Assembly: GCA_964035575.1 (NCBI GenBank)
Contig: OZ037845.1
Span: 434,001 to 498,000 of the forward strand
Direction of reading: 5' to 3'
Source of the DNA: Rhynchopus sp. YZ270_cl-10
Taxonomy: Eukaryota
DNA: 64,000 nucleotides
The notes beneath the pieces are model-generated. The model saw nothing but the letters and a program-made list of their open reading frames with translations, made no database searches and was not told where the DNA came from. Positions 36,888 to 48,834 of the stretch are shown here, in pieces (positions within the stretch are counted from its first letter, which is position 1; every line of letters starts with the position of its first letter). A program made the position numbers and the translations under genes.

Positions 36888-38856
36888 GGTGTGTTTTGTA
36901 TTATTCTTGTCCTGTATGAAGTTAGGTGAATGGGGCAACCTTAAAAAACCTTAACACAAATGTCAAGGCAACAGGAGGGCGAAGAGGAAGCGCTCGCACT
37001 CTGCCAGCACCTCCATCCAGGACTCCAGTTCACAAAGGGGGTGTGAACATTCCTGACGCATTGTGGAGGAACGCCGGGAAGGAGTTCGTAAAAAGAGGAT
37101 GCCATGATTTTCCTTGACACAGCGTGGAATCGAATGATGGTGTAACGAATGTAATTTAAATTTTCAAAAGAAATGATAAGGGTTCTGGTCCAGCATCGTC
37201 TCCCCTCACGTACATCAAAAAATGCGATCCTTGGAAAAACGCAGGGTGTCTATGTTATCAACTGAGGTCCTCTGACCGAAAAATGAAAGTCAAAAAGCGC
37301 AAAACGCCTGACAGAAGGTGTAAAGAAACATAGGGAGGGGAGGGGGGCAGCAAACCCTCTAGATATCTTAAGAAACGAAGAGGTTGGGTTTTTTTCTCTC
37401 TTTTTTTTGAAGAAAACATAGTTTTCCGACCGCGCGAAAAAAAGAGAAAAATGGCACACATCCATAAAGAAAGATCATATGCCTGTGCTGAAGCAGAATG
37501 GTAGGGGGGAGACGAAGATTGCTCACCCTATGTGCTGTTTCTTTTGGAAGGACGTTTTTTTTTTTTTTGGGTTTCTTTGGGAGGTTCCTTTATTGGGTAT
37601 CGATCGTAGCGCGACAAAAAAGACATAGTGACACAGCAGAAGGAACAAAAAAGTGAATTTGACAATGTGGCAATGCAGACACATCGGAAAAAAAAAACAG
37701 GGTACTTTTTTGGTTTTTTTTCGACCCCAGCACTGTAAAGGGATCAGCTCAGAGCCCTTAAACTGTTATTGAGCAAAATCATCACAAAATGCGAAACAAA
37801 AACAAAAACCAAGTACAAAAACCCACCCTCTGCTTCTTTAGAGAATAGAAAAGAAGCCTTGAATAGATGAGCCTAAGCACAACCTTATGCTCAGTCACCA
37901 TAAATAAAATCACAAGAAGGATACTCAAAACCACAAGAACCTTCCCGCGACACCCCAAAAAAACCCCCCAAAAAAACTCGTGTTTTTTTAAAAAATTACA
38001 TTTACCCGAACCCCCTTACCCCTTCTTCTCTCCTCCCCAAATTGGCCAACCACAAGCCACATTTTTTTAAATCAAAACTTAGTACACACTGTTTGAGAAA
38101 GGGTTGGCGAAATTGGTAGAGGGAGGGTTTTGAGTGGGGGGGGGGGGGGGGGGGAAAGCTATGCCATTTTGTCTTTTACTTCCTCTTCTTCTTTCACCTC
38201 CTCCCCAAAAAATAATTGTTAAATTTTGAAAAAATACACGGATATTGAAACATTGGGTGGTGTTCTTCACATGCACACTGAAGAGGCAGAGGATGTATTA
38301 GGGCCGGGTAGGCGCTTCACTTAACAAATGAAAGGTAAGATAAGACGTGCGTGATTGGAGGGTATTTTTTTTTTTGCGTAGATACCCCTCAAGGAAGCAG
38401 TATGAAAAAAATATATCTTACGAACACAAACTTGCCCCTCCCAAAATAAAAAAAAAGTACTTTGTAAGATGTAACCCAAGGCTCTGCGAAGTCCCCTACA
38501 AAAAGAAACCCATAAAACTAAGACATTTCGCTGTATGGCGAATGATTCTTAGTTTCCAGACACCTCCCACCCACCCCCCCCTCTCCACCCCCCCCACCCA
38601 TCACAACCCCAAAGCCTTCACGCGTTAGTTCACCTATTTTTTCTACCCGCTCCTTCATGGGTTTATTTATTTAGTTTTTGGTTATCACTTAGGCACACGA
38701 GGGGAGGTTTTTGGAAAAGGTGTGCGAGAGGGCCGCGCGTCGTGTACAGTCGTTCACACACCCTTCTTAGACCCACATTACACTAACCCAACAGATTATC
38801 AAAAGGGGTGGGGGAGGGTGGTGTCGGGATAGGGGTGGGCTGCCCAAACCCCGCTA

Positions 38857-41308
38857 TCACGACAGAAGGTCCCAACGCTGGACCATGATCTTCTGCATGC
38901 AGAGAAGTGCGTGGCGTTTGACTGCTTCACGGTCGTCACTGCTGTTACCCGCCTGTGAGAAGAGAAGGGGTGGTTAATTACATTACAACAAACATCGGTG
39001 GGGTAAAAACAAAGGTGGATTTTGGCATTTCAAAACTCGAAGAGAGGGTTTTTACCCTGTCGATGTTTTTGCGGTATAGTTTGTTTCATATAGAAGGGTA
39101 GGGAAGGGGGAAGGGGGGCATACCCCCTTCTCGATCAGTTCATAGACTCTTTCTTTGATGCCGAGCTTTTCCCAGACTCTCTTTCCGTGGGGGTGGTGGC
39201 GGACGAACTCACCCACATCGTGGCACGCAATCTGTTGTGATGTGAATTTTTTTTGAATGGATCATTATTTGTTCATACCTGGATGTTCAAGGGCTCCTTC
39301 GAGATGGCAATCATCTTCGCAAGCTCCTTGATGGCAGCGTAGTTGTCGTTCTCGAAGGCCTTCATGTTTTCACGCCAGAACTTTTCGGACGTGTGCGGAG
39401 GGGACCATTCGAGCATGGAGGAGTGCACCTCTTGCGCGTAGATGGAATAGCTGCTCAGGTCCTCAACGTGCATCTCAAGGATGTCGACGAGGTTAGAAAG
39501 CTGTGGAGTGGTTTTTGTTATGATGGTGATATTTTTATTACTGCAATACGCTCCCCACTGACTATCTGGCAGTGAAGAGGAAACCTCTTTGAGGCCAAAA
39601 AAGAAAGAAAAAGACGTCAACGTAAAATAGGAATTTCAAAAAAGTGAATTGTATTGTGCAAAACCCGAGACAACACTCCTTGGGTTGTGTGGAAGTTGTT
39701 GACAGGAAAATTGTAACTGTGGGAAAGCGTGACCGCATGAGATAAAGGTCCAAGAACGACATCCTGGAACACAACAACAGAAAACAAAGTTGACTTGAAA
39801 AGCCCTCTCGTGCTTGGTACACTGCCGCTTAGGACTGCCATGGATGACCGGTTGTACCGGGGGTGGACACCCAACCATGCAGTCCTCCATTTCGTGGTTT
39901 ACATCTGAAACAAAACAAAAACAAAAAAAAACGGCACATACTGTTTCCGGGATGTCCGCATCACCGAAGGTTCTCTTCATGAGCATCTCAATGTTACCAA
40001 GCATTCCGACGGAGATCATGTCCTTCACGTAGTGTGGCACACCAGGGTTGTTTACGCTCTGTGTGGGGTGTGTGTAGTTCACAAATGGGGTTGGTATAAT
40101 TTTGTTATAAATCATCAGAGAAAAGCAAAGAAGTAGCAGATACAGGCCCTCCAACTGACCCACTGTACGATGCCAGCCATCGGATGAAAGCACAAATATA
40201 GCCCAGCATTGTCGATGTTTCAAGATGAAGCAGAAAAGAAATAATCATCTGCCACCAAGAGAGATCATCGCGCTCGTCTGCGGTGACGTAAAAATGTTTA
40301 GTATAGTGGAGCACACTCTAGGGTGGCTACACTAACACAACCAAGATTTCAAATAATCAAAAACAAACATACGGGAGAGTGGTCCTTGTGCCGTGCAATG
40401 TAGTTGTTAAGCACGTTGAGCACCATACGAATGATCTTTTCCTTCTTCTGCTTCTTGAGGATGTAGTTGAGCACGCCAATGACGGACTGTCCGGAGACTT
40501 CGTATCCCGCACGGCACTGCGCGTCGAGCTCGTCGAGCACTTCGCCCGAGAAGGAGAGGTGCCAGATGACCTTGACGCCGTCGTAGATCAGCTGGTGGTA
40601 CTCCTTCCTTTCGACGGTTGCTGCGAAGGAGGTCTCTGGGGGGAAGAGCAGTGCCGGGAGCAGTGCTGGTGACGACAGATCACCAGGCACGTTCTGCTGC
40701 ACAAGGCGCTGGCGGAGGTGGTGTGGACGCGAGAGGATGGACAGCGCCTTAACAGAAGCCTCTGCCTTGACAAGCATAGAGTGCGACACACTGTCCGTGG
40801 TGCGTGCCTCCTTCAGGCACGGCTGCACCACACGCAGCAAGCTACGCAGCCACTTGTCAACATATGCCTCCGAGCTCCCCGCAAGCACCAAGGCAAACGC
40901 CTCCATCGCCCTGTACACATAGCGCCCATCGTCCCACGACCATTTTTCAAGCTGGATACCAGGGTCCTTCGTCTTCACCTCTTTGTTCGCGTGCTCGCCG
41001 AACAGTGTTGCGAAGTGCACGCCATCAAGGTGCAGAAGCATGACAAAGAGTTCAAGCACGGATTGAATCATCTCCTCGGTGTTGGTGTTTGAGATGAGGT
41101 GTGCCATGAGGCGCACGACGTCCTCTATTTTCTCGCGCTGCACCTGTTCGAGAAGCACTTCGGGGGACTCGCTTGCGCTTGCAAGGCGTTCAAGCAGCTG
41201 CTTGTCCACAGAAGGAAGCGTCGGAACCGAATTCAGAGTCCCAATGAGCTTGTGCCGCTCCTCCGGCAGCAACGTCGGGGAGCTGTGATGGTCATCTTTT
41301 CCGGACAT
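38857..41308 (-). CDS. ATP6V1H: V-type H+-ATPase subunit H; exons 41308-40373, 40058-39942, 39500-39279, 39231-39124, 38952-38857 (492 aa)
   Basis: Motifs KEKIIRM, LEWSPPHTSEKFWREN, IACHDVGEFVRHHP and ALLCMQKIM. Four GTATG..ACAG introns give a continuous reading frame. Confidence 0.93.
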
Positions 41309-41791
41309 TTTTGCTGTGTGCCGGCACCTTTTGTGTAAGGTTTTTCCTGTCGTGTTTTGTGTTAAAATTGCGGTGGGGGGAAGGGTGGGGAGACAAAATC
41401 ATGTGGTGCAAATAATGTATCATTTTTTTGTTTTGTTTTTGAACGGTTGTGTCAGTGCGGACGAGAATGAGTCCCCACTTTTGTTTTGTTTGTGCGTTGT
41501 CCAAGAGACGGCAAAACACAAAGGTGTAATAAAATTTCATGCCGTGAATAGTTCACAACAAAAAAAGAGAAGTTGAGAGCGTGTGTTTTTTTGTTCACGC
41601 CATCTGGAGAAATCTTGAAAAAGACGTGATCACCACAACATCTTTTCAAAATGAAGTTAGTACCTGGGGAAAACCCCCCCTCAATCACACCATCTTTTCA
41701 CAAAAAAACAAGAAAATTTTATAAGATGAACCCCTGCTTAGCCACCTAAAAAAAGAGAATCACATAACGCCAAAAAACCCCCCCTACACCA

Positions 41792-42892
41792 TCACATCAT
41801 CGGGGTCGGCCCATCTGCTACTGTCACATGAGGGGGCTCTTGGAGTTCAAAGCTTTTAATGTCTTTTGGCTCGCTGCCGACGTTGACGACGAGACGGAGC
41901 ATTTTTTCTTCGAATCTTTCTGGGCGGAACGGGAAGACTGATGAGAAGGGGACAGCATGGCGTCGGCAGAATGCTTTCAGGCGCGCTGCTTGCGAGGGCC
42001 CTGCACTGAGAAGCTCAGGCTCATACTTCTCCACCGCAGCACGCAGGAGCTGCGACGCACCTCTCTCCCCCGCCTCATCCAGCAACGCTGCCACGTGCCC
42101 CATCTTCTCGGGGGCCTTCCTGCGGTACACATCCCACACCGCCTCAGCCGTTTCAACAACAAACAGCCCACACCCCGCAGACTCCGCCACCCCATACATC
42201 TGCTGCACCCTCAAAAACCCTTCCTCCTCCCGCCCAGGAGGCAAATACCGTCTCATCACCTTCGCCACATCCCGCCCCCCAGCGGGGTGGTCTCTGCAGT
42301 CCACATGAAGGTACCGTCTGACCCGCTCCAAATGATTTACCTTTACGGGGAAGGATTCTCCAGGGAATGGTCCCAGGGCTTCTCGAACAACACGGAGAAC
42401 TTGGTTGAGGTTCCACCAATGGTGCTGACGGATTTCCCCGAGGTAGCTTTGTAAGGCAGACCCGAGGTCCGGCGCACGAAGCAGAAAGAGGTCGCGGATC
42501 TGTTCTAGGAGAAGGTTTTTTTCGTATTCTGTGGGCTGTGATAGATGCGTTGAAGGGGTGGGCTTGCATTCCACGTCGTCTACATCCTGCGAAGGTGTGA
42601 AGATGTGCCCCACCTCACGTACCGGGATAGGTGGGGTAGGTGGGTACACCGATGGGGTGTACGAAAACCGCAGCGGCGAAAGTGTAGGAGGAGCGGGTAG
42701 CGAGATGATGGTGTTGGTAGGTGGTGGTGGTGGTGGTGGTGGTGATGATGGTGGTGGAAGCATCAGGCCCTGGGGCGGGGGTGTGGAGAAGGGGGCAGGG
42801 TGTCTGGTGCGCTCAGCATGGCGGATCCTGCGCAGGTTTGCTAGTTCCGTTTGTGTAGAGAGGCGCGAAGGCTGCATCCTGTTGTCGCCCAT
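41792..42892 (-). CDS. Hypothetical protein, Pro-rich N-terminus and repeated helical units (..APEK..V..LL.......L....VEKYEPE)
   Basis: ~366-aa ORF on the cluster strand; first ATG at 42892. Confidence 0.75.
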   Translation of the reverse strand: MGDNRMQPSRLSTQTELANLRRIRHAERTRHPAPFSTPPPQGLMLPPPSSPPPPPPPPTNTIISLPAPPTLSPLRFSYTPSVYPPTPPIPVREVGHIFTPSQDVDDVECKPTPSTHLSQPTEYEKNLLLEQIRDLFLLRAPDLGSALQSYLGEIRQHHWWNLNQVLRVVREALGPFPGESFPVKVNHLERVRRYLHVDCRDHPAGGRDVAKVMRRYLPPGREEEGFLRVQQMYGVAESAGCGLFVVETAEAVWDVYRRKAPEKMGHVAALLDEAGERGASQLLRAAVEKYEPELLSAGPSQAARLKAFCRRHAVPFSSVFPFRPERFEEKMLRLVVNVGSEPKDIKSFELQEPPHVTVADGPTPMM

Positions 42893-43490
42893 TGTGGTCA
42901 AAATGGAGGGAGGAGGAGGGGGGGAGAGGAGGAGGAGGGAAAGACACCCCCTGTCATGTGATGATGGAAGAAATGTAAAATGTATATAAGCCTCGGAAGG
43001 TTGGGTTGTTTTGGGAGAACCTACACAGTGGTGTTTGCCTTGCGCAATGCGGCAGGCACCTTCACTACAAGAAGGTGTTGTAGGTGGTGCTACACCACGT
43101 GAAGGTGTGATGTGATAACGTCGTTTCCGGAAACTGAGTTCAGATGGGGGGGGGAAAGCCTACTGGAAAAAGAGTTTAAATGTGCAGGGTTGAAAAGGTG
43201 GATATTTTTTTGAAGGTCTTTTTTTGCCGCGCTCACACGGTAATACTTTTTGTGATGTTGGAAACACACCCAACTGGAGGTGGCTAGGGGTTAGAATAAA
43301 GAAATTTGATGATGCAAAACGCACAGAAATTCGAAAAAAATAACTTGAGATATTCATTCTCGCGACACATTCTCCGCAAACATGCTAAAAAATTATCCAC
43401 ACAAAGGTGGAAAAAAAACCTCGATAACACTACACAAAACACACCATGGTCAATACTTTCGTACCAGAATTACCCTTTACCCATTTCACA

Positions 43491-44375
43491 TCACCTATTT
43501 CCTCGCAACTTCGCGACCACACTGCAAGAATGCTCTGTTATCGGCTTTATGTTCACAATATCCCAGCCACTTCTGCGGGAGAAGCAGTCTTGCACCTGCT
43601 GGATGCTTGGAAGAGGGGTCGCCCAGGCACCGAAGTTCGCCCCCGCAATCTCTTCTTCGAAAGCCTGCGACATAGTATCCAAGACGTAAACACTGGCCAC
43701 CGTAGACTCACAATGTGACGCTTCTGACATTTCCTTCATGTTTTTTAGCAGCGTTTTCTGCGCTTTGAGGGGTAGGTATTCCATCAGACCCTCCGCAGAC
43801 CAGAGACATGAAGGAGCTTGGAGGAGTTCGTGATGCAGTGCATCGGGGAGTGTAGGGAGGTTGCATGGAATGGGTATTGTATTGGTGGTTGTGGTGGTCA
43901 GAGTGGTTTGTATTGTTTTGTCTGGTGTAGATGTGGGAGAGGCGGCAAGAAATGCGTCAAATCGGAGTTTCTTTTCCTCCAATACCCGGTGTTTGTCCAG
44001 CTCCGCTACCCTTTTTTTAGAAGATAATAAAGATTCAGCAAGACGCAACGGTCGCGCATCCATCCCACACCCCAAGCTTGCAATCAACCCCCCCTCCGGT
44101 ACGTCCTCCCATATACTATCAAAGAACACAGTACGCACCCGAATCTGCTCATATATTTCTGTGAAGAGAGGAGACCGATTGATGTACGAAATATCAAGCT
44201 CGCGCATCATATAAGCTCTGCCTATAGGGCATATACCCGAAGCTACCCGAAGGTCATTGGTACGAGACGCAGTACGTTCGTACCCTCGTAGTCTAGGGGA
44301 GGTGCCAGATGTATTAGGAAATCGCCTTCCAACTGCGGGCCTTAATTGTTGCAACAACGCAACATTCTTGAACAT
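43491..44375 (-). CDS. Class I SAM-dependent methyltransferase, leucine-carboxyl-methyltransferase (LCM)-like
   Basis: Motifs VRTVFFD, SLGCGMDARPLRL, ELD and SAEGLMEYL. ATG 44375 gives an Arg-rich N-terminus that may be a mitochondrial presequence. Confidence 0.85.
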   Translation of the reverse strand: MFKNVALLQQLRPAVGRRFPNTSGTSPRLRGYERTASRTNDLRVASGICPIGRAYMMRELDISYINRSPLFTEIYEQIRVRTVFFDSIWEDVPEGGLIASLGCGMDARPLRLAESLLSSKKRVAELDKHRVLEEKKLRFDAFLAASPTSTPDKTIQTTLTTTTTNTIPIPCNLPTLPDALHHELLQAPSCLWSAEGLMEYLPLKAQKTLLKNMKEMSEASHCESTVASVYVLDTMSQAFEEEIAGANFGAWATPLPSIQQVQDCFSRRSGWDIVNIKPITEHSCSVVAKLRGNR

Positions 44376-46329
44376 TTTTTGGGGCGGGGGAGGAGGGACG
44401 TAACGGTATCCACGAAAATGAGAGGCGAGGAACGGCTGCGTGGAGCTCTCTCTCGAAAAAAAAGCGAGGTTTGTCTCCACACGGTATCAATGAAGAGGGG
44501 GGCAAGTATTCAAGAAGAAGAAAAAGTTTTCATAGCAAAATCGTAAGAAAAGCTATAGACACCTTCTCGGACACATTCCTTTTTCTCTGTTGAATTTTGT
44601 GTGGGTTTGGAGTTGGGGTGTTAAAGGAGTTGGGGGTAGAATAGGGATATTGTATTGAAAAAGGAAAATGGGTGGAGGTGTTTTGAATTTTCTGTTCTCA
44701 TGTAGGTAGGCTGCAACTAAGGTTTCACGCAAAAAAAAAAAAAAAATGAAGAAAAAGAAAAAAAACAAATAACGAAGAAAAAGAGGGGGTGAAAAACAAG
44801 ACACAACGTGTGAAAGGATAAGGTGTCGTATGTGTGCACGGACACAAACAAAAAGAAAAAGAGAGAAAAACACACATACACATTTCATGGGTCAGTCTGA
44901 ACAGGGTTAACCTGATAGGGGGGGAGACCCAAAAAAGTAAAATACACACCGGACACTACACCTCTGCATCACAAGACACTTGGTCATATCGATGCAAAAA
45001 AAAAAAAAAAAAAAAATTGTTGGAAAGGCGGGTAAGCTGTTTTTTTGAGTACGGGTTGACAATGCAACCACAGGCCCTCCCATTCACGTAATTGATATTC
45101 AGTTCTTTGATTTGCTCGGCTTTTTTTTCGCTTTCTTTTGCGCACGAGACATCATCTTTTTTCCCTTTGCGAGGAAGAAAAAAAAGAAAGCTTCAGTACT
45201 AGTTTTCTTTGCCAAGCGTTCTTTCTGTGCCAGGTAAGCCGAAAAAATAATGTGGGTACACTTGATATCCTGATAGGTGACAAGGATACAGAAAAAGATG
45301 AAAGCCTAATAAAATCCTTCACCTATGCTTACCTTTTGAGCGTGAAAAGCGTGAAAAATGAAAGGAGAAAAAAAAAAAATGTGCCAGTACACAGCCACTG
45401 AGATACTACTGACAGAACGCCTCTAACTGAAAGGCTTATAAGATGAACCTAAGCATCTGATCGTTATCTTACCTAAAATATGTATGTTATGGTGGAAAAA
45501 AAAAAAAAGGTGTAAGCAAAGAAACACCACCGCAGTACGCACACGGGACTACCAGTGGAACCACTACGTAGTAACGACTATAGTGCTAAACTACTAGTGT
45601 TACTGGTGTAAAGTGTTCGTAAAACACTCATCATTTGGAATAACAACAATAGCACTATTAGAAGTACCCCTGACTAAATCCGCCTGTGGCAGGGTTTACC
45701 GCGAGGAGGCTGGTGGCAAGAAACCACCTTCACACCAAAACAGCCACCCCCCTGCAGTACGAGAAATTGTACCCCCATTACCTTTCCCCTCAGGGGGGAC
45801 AATTTCAAGGGGGAGGGTCGGTATGCAATCAATAAATTGATAGCATAGGTATAGGGATCAAAAAATGTTCCCAACTTTCTTTAACTTGCTAGATGAATGT
45901 GCCGGCTCTGCACACACACACACATCCAGAAACAAAAAAAAAAAAACGTAACGAAACTAAGACTAAACCGATCACAGGAAAAAAAGTTTGCAAGATGAGC
46001 CTAAGCCGCACTGTGCTTAGTCACCAACAGGAACAAAAGACAGCAAACGCAGCCTTCTTTCAAAACAAAAAAAATGTGAAGGATGTGACTCCACACATCT
46101 TTCAAATGGGGGGGGGAAAAGTTCAAGCAAACCCCCGGGTTTGCGGGGTTGCCAATTTTGCGAAGGGCTGCCCTGCCATTGAACAGACAACTCAACTGAA
46201 AGCGACTCGGTTGGTTATGATCGCTGGAGTCTGCTAAAAAAAACCCCCCCTCCCCTTCCCCCAGGTAGCAACTCCGGCGCGGATCTATTCGCGGAAGCCC
46301 ACCAATAGTTCTGCGCATATCAGCGCATC

Positions 46330-46400
46330 GGACAGTGCCGAGATGCTAACTACCACTGGATTATGGCTGAACGCCTCTAAGCCAGAACCCAGTCTAGAGA
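46330..46400 (+). pseudogene. Decayed fragment of LSU rRNA 3' domain (region just downstream of the sarcin-ricin loop)
   Basis: CTACCACTGGATTATGGCTGAACGCCTCTAAGCCAGAA matches the conserved eukaryotic LSU motif GGATTATGGCTGAACGCCTCTAAG(T/C)CAGAA. The flanks are not rDNA. Confidence 0.75.
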
Positions 46401-46994
46401 CATACGTGAAATATTTCAGGACACATATCCTCTGACTTACCTAACAGTACTCCAAACCTCATGAGCATATCACCAAAAATGGGATTTTTTTTTGAGAGTT
46501 CACTCTGAATTCGAACATGGACGGGGGGGGAGGGGGGGGGCTTGGGGTTTGGGGTATTTTAACCCCCCAAAGTGAGACAATTGGTACCTTTTTTTTTTTT
46601 CTGTTTCTGATGATATTGATGTTTTTGCAACAGAATTTTGTTGAGGGTTTCTGTTACTCTGTAACGATAGCAATAAATAAAAATGGCAAAAAAAAAGCCG
46701 CTCCCAAAAAAAAGGAGATAAACGGCGCCACAGATGTCACGGATACTCTGGTTTTCCTCATAGAGCTGCAGCACTAAGAAACGAGGAAAGTTCCCAGATA
46801 AAAAAAAAAAAAAAAAGAAAAAGCACACATCTCTCAACAGGATGCAAAAAAGAACGGCAACAAACGAAACTATACGACTGAGGATGGAACGACGATTGTT
46901 TTTTTAATTGAAGGGGGTCCTGTTCTCTCGTCTCACCCCCACCTTTTTGCGCTCCAAAAAAAGAGGAAAAAAACAAAAATATAAGATGATACTA

Positions 46995-47146
46995 CACGGC
47001 TGCCCATACGAACCCTCAGGGTACGTTCGTAGCGGGGTACCCCCCAAACTGCTGGGGGGCACCCCGCGCGGAACGTACCCTGCGGGGAGGTATCCCGCGC
47101 GGGCCCTATTCGGGGAACCCCGCAAAGGGTTCGTTGGGCCACCGTG
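46995..47146. mobile_element. GC-rich MITE with TA target-site duplication (Tc1/mariner-type), inserted into a family D hairpin
   Basis: TA|CACGGCTGCCCATACGAACCCT ... AGGGTTCGTTGGGCCACCGTG|TA. The flanks rejoin to AAGATGA.ACTA.GCCTCTCGTGCTTAGTC. Confidence 0.8.
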
Positions 47147-47712
47147 TACGCCTCTCGTGCTTAGTCTGATTAGATTATTCTTTTCGTGTTTGGTCACCTT
47201 AAAGATGACTCTGTTCAGTCACCACTCAGCTTTTAGATTTAAAAAAAACAAATATCACACACACAGACAAATATGGGCTCGCTTTTTCGGATTTTTTTTT
47301 TAAAAATGGGAACTTGAGTGTATGGGAGAGTTGAGGAATCAATGCAAAATTCACACCCCTGCACAATGTCTCCTCGCAGGAACTCCTCCATACGCACCTG
47401 CATTTTTTTCAAACACACAGTCTCTAGTGCTTGGTCACTTTTTACCCCATTTTTTTTTATCCAAAAAGGTAGTTGTAAAAGCTAAAAAAAGGGGGTAAAG
47501 TTGATAGTGCAAACGCCTCTGAAAAAAAAAAGATGGGGGGTAAAAAAAAAAAGTGCTTCACCGTACCTCGGCGGACGGCACTGAAAAAAAGGTTAGTTTT
47601 CGTTCATTCGTCTAGCTTGTTCACTTTTTTTTTGCGCCTTTTTTTTTTTGGCACCACAGAAATGAAAGGTCTTCTTTTTTTTGTCGTAATGCCCCCCCTC
47701 CCCCTCCCTCTA

Positions 47713-47815
47713 CACGACGGTGAAGTAAATGATATGACTTGAGGTTTTACTTTGTGATTGCACCGTTGTCAAGCCAATGGTGAAACCACGTTAGTCATTT
47801 TACTTTACCGTCGTG
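47713..47815. mobile_element. MITE with TA TSD and CACG...CGTG termini
   Basis: TA|CACGACGGTGAAGTAAA ... TTTACTTTACCGTCGTG|TA. Confidence 0.8.
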
Positions 47816-48834
47816 TACCCCCATGGAAACCCCTTTTAGGCTGCCAATTTTTCCCATTCCCCCCTCCCCCCCCTTTTTTCCTTGCATCGAGATGATGCAG
47901 AAAAATAATGCGCGCGCCATTAGGCAAGTCTTGAGCAACACAAAGTTTTAAAAAAAGAAAGTTGACTTGAAAATACAAAAGCCCTCTCGTGAAACAGTGT
48001 ACCTTGGTACAATGACCCGGCTGTACCGGGGGGGTGGACACCCAACCATCAACCATCCATTTCGTGGTTTACATCATGATATCAAAAGAGAAAATCTTGA
48101 AAGCAAGAAAAAAAAAGATTGAGAGTGACGATAAGCCTCGTTGTGGCTTAGCCCCGACAAAAGGAGAGAGGAGTTTTTTTTTTTTTTTGTATTTTTTGTG
48201 ACATCGCCACTGAATCAACGTCAGTTTATGTTTTTTTTTTTTGAAAGAAATTTGAAAAACAACATGCACCTCGCTACACTCAGGCACATCTTTCAAAACA
48301 CAACGTTTAAAAAAGGGTGCCTGATGCAGGCGGGACAGACAAAGATAATGTGCAATCTAACTCTACGTTCAGATTGCACTAAAAATATATTTTTTTTTGA
48401 CATGAATGTGACTCTGCGTAACATACACATCAGCAAGACACAGACGGCACAGGAGGGGAAAGGAGCTTCACTGAATGACGATGATATGAGTCTCACGGGC
48501 ACACCCACATCTGGAAAAGAGAAAAAAAAAATGTACAAAACAAATTTAGAAGATGAACCTAAGCCTCTCGCCCCTCAGTACAATCTAATTAGATGCTCCT
48601 TACCCCACATTATTTGAAGAGACAAAACTCCCTTCTGACGCAAAAATGATAGAAACAAAATAGAAAAAAAAAACGTTGAAACGAAATGATTTGACAAAAT
48701 AGATACAATACACGAACAGGGTAAAAAAAATTTTTTTTGTGACGTTCTCCACACCACAAAAAGGCACGCATTTTCCCCCCCACAATGAGCAAAAAACAAG
48801 ACTTTTTCCCCCACCCTTTTTTTCCCCCACCCCC

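Noticed and set aside
45536..45621. Weak TA-bounded fold-back as a MITE
   Set aside because: The inverted repeat is too degenerate and there is no second copy in the window.
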